64,000 bases of DNA from an uncultured Actinomycetota bacterium. GTDB taxonomy: Bacteria; Actinomycetota; Actinomycetes; JAFAQI01. A program made the position numbers and the translations under genes. Shown here one piece after another: positions 30,210-39,884 of the stretch. The notes beneath the pieces are model-generated. The model was given only the letters and a program-made list of their open reading frames with translations, was not told where the DNA came from and ran no database searches. How positions within the stretch are numbered: the stretch's first letter is position 1; every line of letters starts with the position of its first letter. The stretch is from positions 768,001 through 832,000 of the forward strand of contig CAVYQE010000011.1 in NCBI GenBank assembly GCA_963770565.1, in the 5' to 3' direction.

Positions 30210-30615
30210 GCACTCTTGGTTGCTCTGTGGTTGCTCCCAGAAAATTTCGGGCGGAGCATTTCGGGCAGGGGGACGCTTGCGGGGACTGCGTTTGTGCAGG
30301 TCACAGCGATTCCGGTGCCGCGGTTGGGCCGGTGCGTCAGTATTTCTACATAAGTCAGAACTCGGGCCCGTGAGAACGGCATTTCCGCAGGTCAGAGCCA
30401 TGATCAACGATCATGAAAAACCGGCCTTTAGATGTCGTAATACAAGGCGGGTCAACGCTTTCTAACGCCCTGACCTGGGGTTTTGCTCAGCAAATGATCT
30501 TGGGTTGCTCTCTGGTTGTTCTGAGAAAACCGAACGACTGGTACCGACCGGCAACCGTCAGAAGTCTCGAGCAGGTCCCGGCCGGCGGATTCGTACCTAG
30601 GGGAGTGGTCTCAGA
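30210..30615 (+). repeat. att-like junction E (complete, both arms)
   Basis: GGTTGCTC at 30218/30229; GCAGGTCA x2; palindrome CATGATC-AAC-GATCATG; core TTAGATGTCGTAATACAAGGC (30428-30448); CTGACCTGG; GGTTGCTC/GGTTGTTC at 30503/30514. Confidence 0.88.
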
Positions 30616-30653
30616 CCGGGTCCCCAGGGGTGATCAAAGGTGACGATGAGCGG

Positions 30654-31490
30654 TCAGCTCGATCCTCTGGTACGCGGTCGGTTGGGGTCGCGGGCGAGGA
30701 TGGCGAGGAGTTCGTGTGTTTTGGCTGCAATCGCGTCTGGTGCTTCGTGGTCGGGGGCGAAGTGGCCGAGGCCGGGGAGGATCTCGGCATGGCAGTCGGG
30801 GAGGTGCGCGGTCATGGCCGCGAAGGGAATGCGCGTCAGGCTGGGTGGGCTCTTGCTGCCGCCGAGCAGCTGTACCGGTTGGATGATTCTGGTGTAGGCG
30901 GAGACCCGGTTGTCGCAGGTGCCGACGAGGCGGTGCTCGTCCGAGTTCGCTTCCAGTAGCGGTTCCATGTGGGGCCAGGATCGGCGGGTGACCATGGGGA
31001 GGATGAGGCGGAGGTACCAGGCGGGGAGATGCTGCACGATCGGGGGAGCGCCACCGGATTTCCGCACGAAGTGGGCGAACGCGGCGCGACGTTTGCCGTC
31101 GGCGAGTAAGGCGTTGTAGCGCGGGATCCAGGCGACGGACACGCTGCCGTCGATCGATACCCCAGGTTCGTACAAAACTAGTGGGACGGTGATCCATCCG
31201 CGGGCTGCCGCTTCGAGCGCGACCAGCCCTCCGAAGCTGTGCCCGAAGACGGCGACGGCTTTCACGTCGTCGACGACTTCGCTGAGTTCCCGGCACTCCA
31301 GCTCGATGCCAGCGCCGGGATCCCGTGGCGGGCTGCCACCACGTCCTCGTCGTTGGACGATCACGGACCGCCGCCCGCGGGTTGCCAGAGCGTCACCGAG
31401 CGGCAGGTATTCCTCGGCGGTGGCGAGTGCGCCGCCCACGACGACGATGCCCGGTCCATCTCCTACGGACAGCTGGTGCAGGACGGTCAT
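30654..31490 (-). CDS. Alpha/beta hydrolase
   Basis: RRGRGGS, GHSFGG nucleophile elbow, LYEP, GLGH. Confidence 0.88.
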   Translation of the reverse strand: MTVLHQLSVGDGPGIVVVGGALATAEEYLPLGDALATRGRRSVIVQRRGRGGSPPRDPGAGIELECRELSEVVDDVKAVAVFGHSFGGLVALEAAARGWITVPLVLYEPGVSIDGSVSVAWIPRYNALLADGKRRAAFAHFVRKSGGAPPIVQHLPAWYLRLILPMVTRRSWPHMEPLLEANSDEHRLVGTCDNRVSAYTRIIQPVQLLGGSKSPPSLTRIPFAAMTAHLPDCHAEILPGLGHFAPDHEAPDAIAAKTHELLAILARDPNRPRTRGSS

Positions 31491-31918
31491 CGGGTCGCAG
31501 CCGGGTCGAGGTGGGCGAGGATGGCGCGCACCTGATCGTGAAAAGCCGCGTGGTCGACCTGGCTTGCTCGCACGACCGCGTCGAATCGCCCGACCAGGAG
31601 CCGTTTGCCGCGCTTGACGACCGATCTCCCGTCGGGTGTCAGGTCGAGCTTTCGACGATTTCCACCGCCCGGCGTAGCCAGCATCTGCACGAACCCGTCG
31701 GTTTCCAGCCCTCGCACGGTGCGGCTCACGGACGGTTCGGACAGTCCGAGCCAGCAGGCGAGGTCACGCTGGCTCGGACTGTCCAACAGGTCGATCGCAA
31801 AGAGCGCAAGGAACCGTGGATAGGTGACGTCGAGCTGGTCACGCAAGACCCGGTCCGCCGCGAGATCCATTCGCGCGGTGAGCTGATGCAGCGCGAAACT
31901 CAACGGTTCATTCGGCAT
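31487..31918 (-). CDS. MarR-family regulator (probably leaderless)
   Basis: SQRDLA..LGLSEPSVSRTVRGLE..NRRKLDLTPDG; TTGACA -35 and palindrome ACTTACGCATGCAAGT (31931-31946) just upstream. Confidence 0.88.
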   Translation of the reverse strand: MPNEPLSFALHQLTARMDLAADRVLRDQLDVTYPRFLALFAIDLLDSPSQRDLACWLGLSEPSVSRTVRGLETDGFVQMLATPGGGNRRKLDLTPDGRSVVKRGKRLLVGRFDAVVRASQVDHAAFHDQVRAILAHLDPAATR

Positions 31919-32026
31919 ATTGTGAACGTAACTTACGCATGCAAGTCGTGTCAAGCGATGGCTCCACGTCGTGAGACGGCTCACCTCTCCTGCGAAGCGC
32001 AGGATGCGGCGTGCTGCCAGACCGGA

Positions 32027-32392
32027 CTAGGCCCGCTGACGCGATTCAGCGCGGCCTGCGCTGAGGCCGTCGCGCGCGGAGATCAGGATTAGCTCGAGGT
32101 AGCTGGGGTTGCCGTGGATGGTGGCGATGGCGATGACCATGTCGAGGATCTGTTCAAGGGTGAGGTCCGCCCGAATCTCCATGGCCTGTTGTGCGGCGTC
32201 GAGCAGCGGTTGCCCGTCGGCCATCACGTGGGCGCGACTGTTGCCGAACAGCGGATTGGTCCGGTCGGTGTGCTGGAGAAGTTCAGCGGCGATGTGATGC
32301 TTGCTGGTGACGAAGGCGGAAAATCGCGGCAGCCAGGGCGTAAATGCCGCTCCTGGCGCTGTGTCGGTAGCGGGGAGGGCGGCGGCGCCCAT
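32027..32392 (-). pseudogene. TetR-family regulator C-terminal fragment
   Basis: WLPRFSAFVTSK..PLLDAAQQAMEIRADLTLEQIL..ARDGL; HTH absent. Confidence 0.65.
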
Positions 32393-32481
32393 CGCGTCGA
32401 CCCCCTCGGTGTAGACGTTCCGCTGAAAGGGACTTGCAAGTGTCGGTGACAGAAACCTAATAGTTCTTCTATAGTTGTGTT

Positions 32482-33201
32482 ATGGCAATGGTCAGCGTCG
32501 CTCAGGCGGCCGCGCAACTTGGCGTGGGCGTGCCGCGGATCCATCAGCGGATCGCGGATGGGTCACTGCGCGCGGAGCGGATCGGTTCGCAGTGGGCGGT
32601 CGATGAATTCTCCCTCCTTCAGGTCGCGGAGCGCAGGTCGCCGGGCCGACCGTTGTCGGCGCGTTCGGCGTGGGCGCTGATCGCGCTGTCTGTCGGTGAC
32701 GTTGCGGCGCTGGCTGATCTTGCGCCGAGTGAGCGGTCCAGGGCAGCTGCGCGGCTGGCGGAGTTGTTCGGCGAGGCCCGGAGGGTCCCTCGTTCGGAGC
32801 GTGAGGTGCGTCGGGACGCGGCTGTGCTTCGTCAGAGGTTCCGCAACCGAGCGGATCGGGTCCTGCTGAAGGCTGCGGATGCCGACCTTGCCGGGCTACG
32901 TGCGGATGGCCGGTGGGAGTCCGTCCTCAGCCCGGCTGTCAGCGGGATCGCGTCGGGCGAGGTCGAGGGTTATTTGGTCAACGAGCACTTCAAGCCGCTC
33001 TCGGATGACTTCCTGCTGATACCTGCCGATCGCGACGCCAATGTCATCGCGCACGTGCTCCCGGCCGGTCAACGGTCCTATCCGGACTCGCTGCTACTTC
33101 TCGCTGCAGATCTTTCGGAGCATCGCGGGCCGCGGGAGGAGCGAAGAGCGGTTGAACTGCTGCGAGAGATCGCGGATGCGGCGAGGAGCGGGAAGTCGTG
33201 A
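32482..33201 (+). CDS. Excisionase-like HTH protein with extended C-terminus (putative antitoxin)
   Basis: SVAQAAAQLGVGVPRIHQRIADGSLRAERIGSQW; C-terminal LAADL..PRE resembles AbiEi C-termini; TATAGT 6 nt before ATG. Confidence 0.75.
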   Translation: MAMVSVAQAAAQLGVGVPRIHQRIADGSLRAERIGSQWAVDEFSLLQVAERRSPGRPLSARSAWALIALSVGDVAALADLAPSERSRAAARLAELFGEARRVPRSEREVRRDAAVLRQRFRNRADRVLLKAADADLAGLRADGRWESVLSPAVSGIASGEVEGYLVNEHFKPLSDDFLLIPADRDANVIAHVLPAGQRSYPDSLLLLAADLSEHRGPREERRAVELLREIADAARSGKS

Positions 33202-33920
33202 TCGTGCTCCCCGCGATGCCGCCGGAGCAGACCGCGTCGTGGCAAGGCCTGCTTGACATCTACGAGCGTCTCGATGGCGGTTGGACGCTAATCGGCGGAC
33301 AGCTCGTCCACCTGCATTGCGCCGAACGTGGCCAGTTCCCGGTACGGCCGACCAACGACGCAGACACCGTCGTGGACGTACGGGCCGACCCGAAGATGTT
33401 GCGCATCTTCACGTCAACTCTGGTCGAGCTCGGGTTCACCTCGGCTGGCGTATCAGCCGAGGGCTTGGAGCATCGCTGGATTCGCGGTGCCGCGACCGTC
33501 GATGTGCTCCTGCCCGAAGGTGTCGGTGAACGGGCCCGCTCCCGGTTGGGAGTGACCGGCAGCCCGAGCTTGTCGACCAAAGGCGGCACCCAGGCACTAG
33601 CCCGAAGCGAACCAATCCGAGTGATAGTCGAGGGCCGGGAAGGGTCCGTGTGCCGCCCGAACCTCGTTGGGGCCCTCATCAGCAAGGCGGCTGCCCATAG
33701 CAACGTGGGGGACCGTGACACGCGCCGACACCGGCGCGACTTCATCGTGCTCGCCACGCTGATCACGGCGTCGGACTTCCGATCGCAGGAGCTGACCAAG
33801 ACCGAACTGCGTCACCTCCGCTCTGTCAATACGGCGATCGAAGCCGACCGTGAGCTGCTGCTTAGCGTTCCCGATGCGAGCTCGGCGCTTGGTCGCCTGA
33901 GACGAGCGGCTGGTCTGTAG
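33198..33920 (+). CDS. Pol-beta-like nucleotidyltransferase (putative type IV toxin)
   Basis: WTLIGG, RPTNDAD, VDVL, ALISKAAA, RHRRDF; GTGA overlap with the HTH gene. Confidence 0.7.
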   Translation: MIVLPAMPPEQTASWQGLLDIYERLDGGWTLIGGQLVHLHCAERGQFPVRPTNDADTVVDVRADPKMLRIFTSTLVELGFTSAGVSAEGLEHRWIRGAATVDVLLPEGVGERARSRLGVTGSPSLSTKGGTQALARSEPIRVIVEGREGSVCRPNLVGALISKAAAHSNVGDRDTRRHRRDFIVLATLITASDFRSQELTKTELRHLRSVNTAIEADRELLLSVPDASSALGRLRRAAGL

Positions 33921-34013
33921 ACCGACCGTCCTCTCGGCGATTGCGAGACGGTCGTCCCCTGACTGAACTGCTGAGGCGCTTTAGTCGGTGGACGCCGTCC
34001 GTACGGTGACAAC

Positions 34014-34763
34014 GTGAGCGACATCTACCTCGTTGAGTTCGGCGGAGAGGACTCGCCGGGCCGTGCGGAACGCGACGCGGAGCAGCGTCGACTCCGCGCT
34101 CGCTGGACCCAACGGCTCGCCGAAAAGGTCGGCCTGTCCGAGCTGGCCGCGGCCGAGGTGGCGTCCGCGGTGTTTGACCATCGCGATCAGTCGGGGCAGC
34201 CGTGCCTGTGTGGCTGCCACCCGCGGCTGGACGGGCTGCACGATGGCGGCTGGGACTGCCGCTGTACTTGGGACGAGACGCGACGTGAACGAGAAGCCCG
34301 GTCGTGGGCCGAGCGGCTTAAGGACCCGGTGTTCGACGAGCTTCGCAAGGAGCACGACGCAGAAGAGCGCGCGATCACCGCCTGGCTGGGCACGCAGGTC
34401 GACGTCAGCGCGCGACGGGTCACGTCGTTCGCGCCGGTGCAGTGGGACGGAGTGATCGACGGTCACTCGTTCTACTTCCGTGAGCGCCACGGCCAGTGGC
34501 GGATCGAGATCGACCTGGAACCCACCGGCGAGTTTGCCAACCGACTCATTGACGTGCGGGACGGCGACGCCGTGACGGAGTCGGTCCCGATCGAACGCCG
34601 CGAGGTCATCGCCGACGGGCTCGACGGGGCGCTGGGATCAACGCCTGTCGAGCATCTTGCGCATGTCGTGCGCGCGGTCCGGCGCCACCTCGGGCGACAG
34701 CAGTGCGCCCATCCCGGCGCAGTGTTCTTCTGTCCGCTGTGCGGCGCAGCCAGCGCCGAGTGA
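34014..34763 (+). CDS. Cys/His-rich hypothetical protein
   Basis: CLCGCH, CRC, FYFRERHGQW, C-x8-CPLC. Confidence 0.7.
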   Translation: MSDIYLVEFGGEDSPGRAERDAEQRRLRARWTQRLAEKVGLSELAAAEVASAVFDHRDQSGQPCLCGCHPRLDGLHDGGWDCRCTWDETRREREARSWAERLKDPVFDELRKEHDAEERAITAWLGTQVDVSARRVTSFAPVQWDGVIDGHSFYFRERHGQWRIEIDLEPTGEFANRLIDVRDGDAVTESVPIERREVIADGLDGALGSTPVEHLAHVVRAVRRHLGRQQCAHPGAVFFCPLCGAASAE

Positions 34764-34796
34764 CGCTCCCGTCCGCCTACGCCCGATGATGGCGCG

Positions 34797-35294
34797 ATGG
34801 TGATCATCCACGGTACGCAACGGTTCCGGGATCGAATGGCCGCTGCTCCTGCGAATGAGGGTGATGTCTCGACGTCGACTCTCGGGTCGTGGTACGCGAC
34901 CGTGCTGCGCTGGCGTCCAGCGGTCGCGTTGTTCGTGAACGCCTCCACACTGTTGCCGGTGTTCACCCAGTTCGCCCCGACCCGGACCCTGCTCGACCGG
35001 TTCCCGGTCGCTGTCGGCGAGGTTCTCTCGGCCCACGGCGTTCCGCCCGCGGTGATCGCGACGGAGACCGCGGCGATGTCAACGTGCCGCGTCGCACCCA
35101 CCAGGAACCGCAGCGTGGTCGGAACGATGAACGACTTCAGCTTCCTTGCCGACCACCACCGAGCCGACTTCTCCGGCGAACTCGTCGAGTTGTCGGTGCG
35201 GCTGGCGGAAACGCCTTGCAGCCCGCTGTACAAGAGGCACATCAGCCCCGACCGGGAGTTGGCCGCGATGATCCAGAGGCACCTCGCCACCTGA
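34797..35294 (+). CDS. DUF6933-like protein
   Basis: IIHGTQ, LGSWYA, LFVNASTLLPV, TRNRSVVGTMND. Confidence 0.7.
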   Translation: MVIIHGTQRFRDRMAAAPANEGDVSTSTLGSWYATVLRWRPAVALFVNASTLLPVFTQFAPTRTLLDRFPVAVGEVLSAHGVPPAVIATETAAMSTCRVAPTRNRSVVGTMNDFSFLADHHRADFSGELVELSVRLAETPCSPLYKRHISPDRELAAMIQRHLAT

Positions 35295-35354
35295 GACCCG
35301 CAGGCTCAGTTCAAGTCTTGAATCGACACGCGTGGCGAGTTCGAGCTTTAGGCC

Positions 35355-35850
35355 GCGCTGGTTGCTCTCTGGTTGCTCGCAGAAGAGAAGGCAGCCTCCG
35401 GATCGCGGAGCTGGCGATGTCTAGACGACTGTTTCTGCAGGTCAGAGCGTTGTCGGCGTCAGCGCGGCGGCTGACGCCTGGGTTGCTGCACATAAGAGCG
35501 AACTGCTTGGCGCCAGAGCTGCGTTTCCGCAGGTCAGACCCATGATCAACGATCTTGAGAAACCGGCTCTTAGATGTCGTAAATCAGCCGAGATCGCTGG
35601 TCTGTATGCGCCTCACCCGCGGTGTTACAGCCGCGGACGATCTTCGGTTGCTCCCTGGTTGCTCTCGGAAGGCAGAGCGACCGGAACGGCCCGGCAGCGG
35701 CCGGTCTTTTCCGGAAGCCCGCAACCACGCTCTTGGCGATGCGACCAGTCTCCCGGTTGCTCGTCAGTTGCTCGCGCTTCAGTCCTCGATCGCCCGACCA
35801 GCTCGACGCGGGACCTTTGATTTCTCCTCGGTTGCTCGGGGCGCTAGCGC
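35355..35850 (+). repeat. att-like junction F (complete, with extra arm copies)
   Basis: GGTTGCTC at 35360/35371; GCAGGTCAG x2; core TTAGATGTCGTAA (35570-35582); GGTTGCTC at 35646/35657; further copies at 35755/35766 and 35830. Confidence 0.88.
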
Positions 35851-36157
35851 GACCGGTCACTCTCGGCTTGGGTCGCCGCGCACCAGCAGTGGCAAGGTCA
35901 TTTGTATTCGAAGGTGACGGCGATGCTCGGCGGCATCAGAATGCCGCACCAACCCGATTGACCCCATGTTGTCGCGAGCGTGAGCACGCCTGTTTGACTC
36001 GTCGGCGGGGGTCGCGTCCGCTGGCGATGGTTTTGATCTGCGGCGTGTTCATCGCCCGCCGTCGTTTCCGTGACCGCAGAACGGTCGGTGCCGACTCCCT
36101 AACTGGGTCGTGGGTGATTTTTCACAACTCTTCGACTCGCCCCTCTAGGGTGAGCTG

Positions 36158-38242
36158 GTGATTCGACGTACTCTCACGGTCCCGGCTGTCGTCGCTGTCG
36201 TCATGGGGCTGTCACCAGCAGCGTCCTCTCAGGCGTTCACGCCACCGGCCGGCGTCTACGTCGCGTGTGGGTACGACAACGGCACGACTGCACCGGCCAA
36301 CACAGCGGGCACCAAGTGCATGACGTTGCCGGATGCCATCACGGCAGCGCTGGCCAATCACCCCGGTGGGGTCGGATCGACTCAGAAGATCTACCTGATG
36401 CCAGGTCACTACTGTCCGATCGCATTGTGGGCCTCACCGCTCGGCAACCTCGACTACAACGGACTCGACCTGATCGGCGCCGGGAACGCAGGCCTGGCCA
36501 AGGCGACAGATGATGTCAAGGAGCAGGCGTCGCTGGTCAGCTTCGAGTACAACTCGACGTTCTGCGGGAGCACGATCCCGGGCGCGATGGTGTCCGGTGA
36601 TCCCGGCGCCCAGGGAAGCCAGTCACTCGGCTTCGAGGACCTGACCTTCGACGGCACCGATGGTCCTTCAACCGGACTCAGCATCACTGACATCGGCACC
36701 AGCCTGCGGGATGTTGTCGTCCAGAGCTTCTCCGGCACGGGCATCACATTCAACAACCAGCGCGACCAGGGATTTGAGGGCGGCGCGGTTGGGTTTGACG
36801 CTGAGAACTCGGCCATCATCGACAACGGGAACGGCGCGTCGCTCACCGGCAGCTACCTCGGAATCGACGATTCGACGATCGCCGGTAACACGACGTACGG
36901 GGTCGAGCAACTCTCGCAGAGTGGCAGCTTGAACCTGCTGGAGGACACCATCACGCACAACGCGTACGGCTTGTACAACGCGACGACCGGCGTACAGGCG
37001 ATCAACACCGTGCTCGCCGGGAACAGCAACTCTGATTGTCAGGGGTCGAACCTGCCAAGCGGATTCGACGAGAGCAACGACCTGCTCGGTGGCAGTTGCA
37101 CCATCACGACGACCAGCGGCGATGTTGCTTACGAGGCAGCAGATCCAATCGGTACGCCGGCGGATAACGGCGGTCCGACGCCGTCGATTCTGCCCAGCAA
37201 CCAAGCAGTCGGCGCCGGCGAGCAGGAATGCGAGACCCAGGACCATACCGATCAGCGCGAGGCGTACATGTCTGCCGCCGACAGTTGCGACATTGGGTCG
37301 GTCGAGACGGCTGGGAGCCTCAAACCAGATGTGTCGACCACGAACGCCTCCGTTTACTTTCCGCCCACGGATCCGAAAGGTACGGGGGCGCAGGAATCGC
37401 TGCTCAACACCGGTGGCGACCGGGTCGGAGTCCGTTCGGTCAAGGTCACCGGAGACAAGGCGTTCTCGCTCGGGACCGACTCCTGCACGTATACACCGTT
37501 GGAATCCACCTTCGACAGCGACGGGTGCTCGGTCGAGGTCACCTACGACCCGCCTGCTGCACATAGGGCGTATTACGGCGACCTCGTCATCAGTACGACG
37601 CAGTCAGGAGCAACCGGCACGATCAAGATCCCGCTCAGCGGCGGCATCGACTCGACGTCTCTCACGACCGTGTCGCCGCGTTCGGTCATCTACGGCCACA
37701 AGGCCAAGATCGTCGGGGTGTTGATTGATACGTCGACCCATCAGCCGTTGCCACATGCGACGGTCAGCCTGTACGAGGCGACTGGCTCCGGTGCGCTGAA
37801 GTCGGTTGGGCAGACCACAACCAACTCAGCCGGTCGGGCCATCCTGTCCGAACCGCTGGTGTCCGCCGCGCGCTTCAGGTGGCACGACAGCGAGCAAGGT
37901 CTTCACACGTCGGCGCTCAGCACCGTCCGGACCGTAGCGGTGCGGCAGGGGGTTACGGCGAGTCTGGTTGATTCTTCGGTCCGGCATGGACACCGGGCGA
38001 CCGTGATCGGCACGGTGTCACCGCCGGCGCCGAGACGCAGTGTGCAACTCGAGGTGGAGCAGCATGGTCATTGGGCGGTCGTTAACACCGCAAAGATCAA
38101 ACGGACGAAGTCGAAGGCCCTCGAGTACGCCGCTTCGTTCAAGCCGGCCAAGCCAGGTCACGTCAAGCTGCGAGTGGTGATCGCAAAGACCCACGCCTTC
38201 GCGGCTGGTGCCTCTCCGACGCTGACTCTGCAGGTGAGCTGA
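36158..38242 (+). CDS. Secreted beta-helix protein with choice-of-anchor-Q-like and Ig-like domains
   Basis: Signal peptide, STIAGN/DTITHN repeats, DNGGPTPS..DQRE..CDIGSVE, Ig-like domain, basic C-terminal domains. Confidence 0.8.
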   Translation: MIRRTLTVPAVVAVVMGLSPAASSQAFTPPAGVYVACGYDNGTTAPANTAGTKCMTLPDAITAALANHPGGVGSTQKIYLMPGHYCPIALWASPLGNLDYNGLDLIGAGNAGLAKATDDVKEQASLVSFEYNSTFCGSTIPGAMVSGDPGAQGSQSLGFEDLTFDGTDGPSTGLSITDIGTSLRDVVVQSFSGTGITFNNQRDQGFEGGAVGFDAENSAIIDNGNGASLTGSYLGIDDSTIAGNTTYGVEQLSQSGSLNLLEDTITHNAYGLYNATTGVQAINTVLAGNSNSDCQGSNLPSGFDESNDLLGGSCTITTTSGDVAYEAADPIGTPADNGGPTPSILPSNQAVGAGEQECETQDHTDQREAYMSAADSCDIGSVETAGSLKPDVSTTNASVYFPPTDPKGTGAQESLLNTGGDRVGVRSVKVTGDKAFSLGTDSCTYTPLESTFDSDGCSVEVTYDPPAAHRAYYGDLVISTTQSGATGTIKIPLSGGIDSTSLTTVSPRSVIYGHKAKIVGVLIDTSTHQPLPHATVSLYEATGSGALKSVGQTTTNSAGRAILSEPLVSAARFRWHDSEQGLHTSALSTVRTVAVRQGVTASLVDSSVRHGHRATVIGTVSPPAPRRSVQLEVEQHGHWAVVNTAKIKRTKSKALEYAASFKPAKPGHVKLRVVIAKTHAFAAGASPTLTLQVS

Positions 38243-38270
38243 CGCCGGTCTCGTGGGTCACGACAACTAG

Positions 38271-39884
38271 CCTCGCCATTTCGTGATCTTGGTGCTCGAC
38301 ACGGGTTGTGGATGCACGGAAGTGCCTGTCCTGCTTGGGAAACTTGGGCTTGCGATGGACCAAGTTAGGCCGAGCGGGAAGGCACTCCGTGGGTGAAGGG
38401 TAGCCGAGGCAGGAGACGGGTTCGGGTAGTCGCGGGCGACGAGCTGTTGGTGTCGTCGTCGGGGGCGTCGCTGCTGGTCGAGACCAGCCGAGCGACCGGC
38501 CTTGATCGGGAGTTATCGAGGGCGCTGCGCCCGTGGCGTCGACCGCGGGCTGAGCACGATCCGGGCAAGGTTCTCGTCGATGTCGCGCTCGCGGTCGCAC
38601 TCGGTGGTGACTGCCTGGCTGATCTCGCGGTGGTCCGCGCGCAGCCGGACCTGTTCGGTGCGGTGGCGTCCGATCCGACGGTGTCGCGGCTGATCGACAC
38701 CCTCGCTGGGGATGCCGACGCCGCGGTCGCTGCGATTCGGGCGGCTCGCGCCGCGGCTCGGGCGACGGCCTGGGGTCACCGTTGCCCGGTCGGTGACGAC
38801 GGGCCGGTGATCGTGGATCTGGACGCGACGATCGTGTGCGCGCACTCGGAGAAGGAGGGTGCGACGCCGACGTTCAAACGCACGTTCGGGTTCCATCCGC
38901 TGCTGGCGTTCGTCGACCATGGCGTGGACGGCACTGGTGAGCCGTTGGCGGCGTTGCTGCGGGAAGGTCGCGCGACCGCCAACGACGCCGGTGATCAGAT
39001 CGCGGTGCTCGACGCCGCGCTCACCCAGCTGCCCGAGCAGGTCCGAAGCCGGGTGTTGGTGCGCGGCGACACCGGCTCCGGGGTGCACGAGTTGCTGCAC
39101 CATGTCACTGATCTTGGTTTGGAGTACTCGGTCGGAATCTATGGCCGTCAGCCCGTGCTGGACGCGCTCGCTGCGACACCACGACGCGCGTGGCGGTCCG
39201 CGATCGACGTCGACGGCCAGCCACGCGAGGGCGCGCAGGTCGTGGAGGTCACCAGGCACCTGCCCGACACCTTCATCGGCTGGCCGGCTGGGATGCGGGT
39301 CATCGCTCGCCGGGAACGCCCGCACCCGGGCGCGCAGCTACGGATCACCGACGACGACGGCTGGCGGATCACCGTGTTCGCGACCAACACCAAAGGCGGG
39401 CGGATCGCCGAGCTGGAGCTGCGGCACCGGCAACGCGCCCGCGCCGAAGACCGCATCCGAGGGCTCAAGGACTGCGGGCTGCGCAACCTACCGCTGCACG
39501 AGTTCGCCAAGAACACCGTCTGGCTCGAGCTTGTCGGTCTCGCCGCCGAGCTCCTGACCTGGACCCAGACGCTGGCGTTCACCGGCAGCATCGCGCGCTT
39601 GTGGGAACCGAAACGACTACGACTTCGCGTCCTGCACGTCGCCGGCCGGATCGTGACGACCAGCAGACGGAACTGGCTACGGCTGCCCCGCGGCTGGCCC
39701 CGGCGCGACCTGATCAGCAACGGTCACGCCAGCCTGCACGCCCTAACCTGAGCCACCACCCCAACCCCGACGACCAACCGGACAGGCGGCGCAACGAACG
39801 CCGCAGTTCGACAACGCCCACCACCGACACCGCCCACCACACTCGTGGAATCACCAATACCACCAAGATCACGAATGATCGAGG
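38271..39884 (+). mobile_element. IS1380-family insertion sequence
   Basis: Terminal inverted repeats CCTCGCCATTTCGTGATCTTGGTG / CACCAAGATCACGAATGATCGAGG; CTAG duplicated at 38267-38270 and 39885-39888. Confidence 0.93.
38393..39751 (+). CDS. IS1380 DDE transposase
   Basis: VASDPTVSR, DLDAT, GFHPL, LVRGD, HRQRARAEDRIR, WEPKRLRLR. Confidence 0.95.
   Translation: MKGSRGRRRVRVVAGDELLVSSSGASLLVETSRATGLDRELSRALRPWRRPRAEHDPGKVLVDVALAVALGGDCLADLAVVRAQPDLFGAVASDPTVSRLIDTLAGDADAAVAAIRAARAAARATAWGHRCPVGDDGPVIVDLDATIVCAHSEKEGATPTFKRTFGFHPLLAFVDHGVDGTGEPLAALLREGRATANDAGDQIAVLDAALTQLPEQVRSRVLVRGDTGSGVHELLHHVTDLGLEYSVGIYGRQPVLDALAATPRRAWRSAIDVDGQPREGAQVVEVTRHLPDTFIGWPAGMRVIARRERPHPGAQLRITDDDGWRITVFATNTKGGRIAELELRHRQRARAEDRIRGLKDCGLRNLPLHEFAKNTVWLELVGLAAELLTWTQTLAFTGSIARLWEPKRLRLRVLHVAGRIVTTSRRNWLRLPRGWPRRDLISNGHASLHALT

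Noticed and set aside
30343-30363. ACATAAG..GAACT motif (also near 35490 and 45073) as a XerCD dif site
   Set aside because: It resembles one XerD half-site only; no 11-6-11 structure. Kept as part of the att arm.
30399-30420. CATGATC-AAC-GATCATG plus AAAAA as an intrinsic terminator
   Set aside because: The T-run precedes the hairpin on the minus strand and is an A-run on the plus strand; more likely a protein-binding palindrome.
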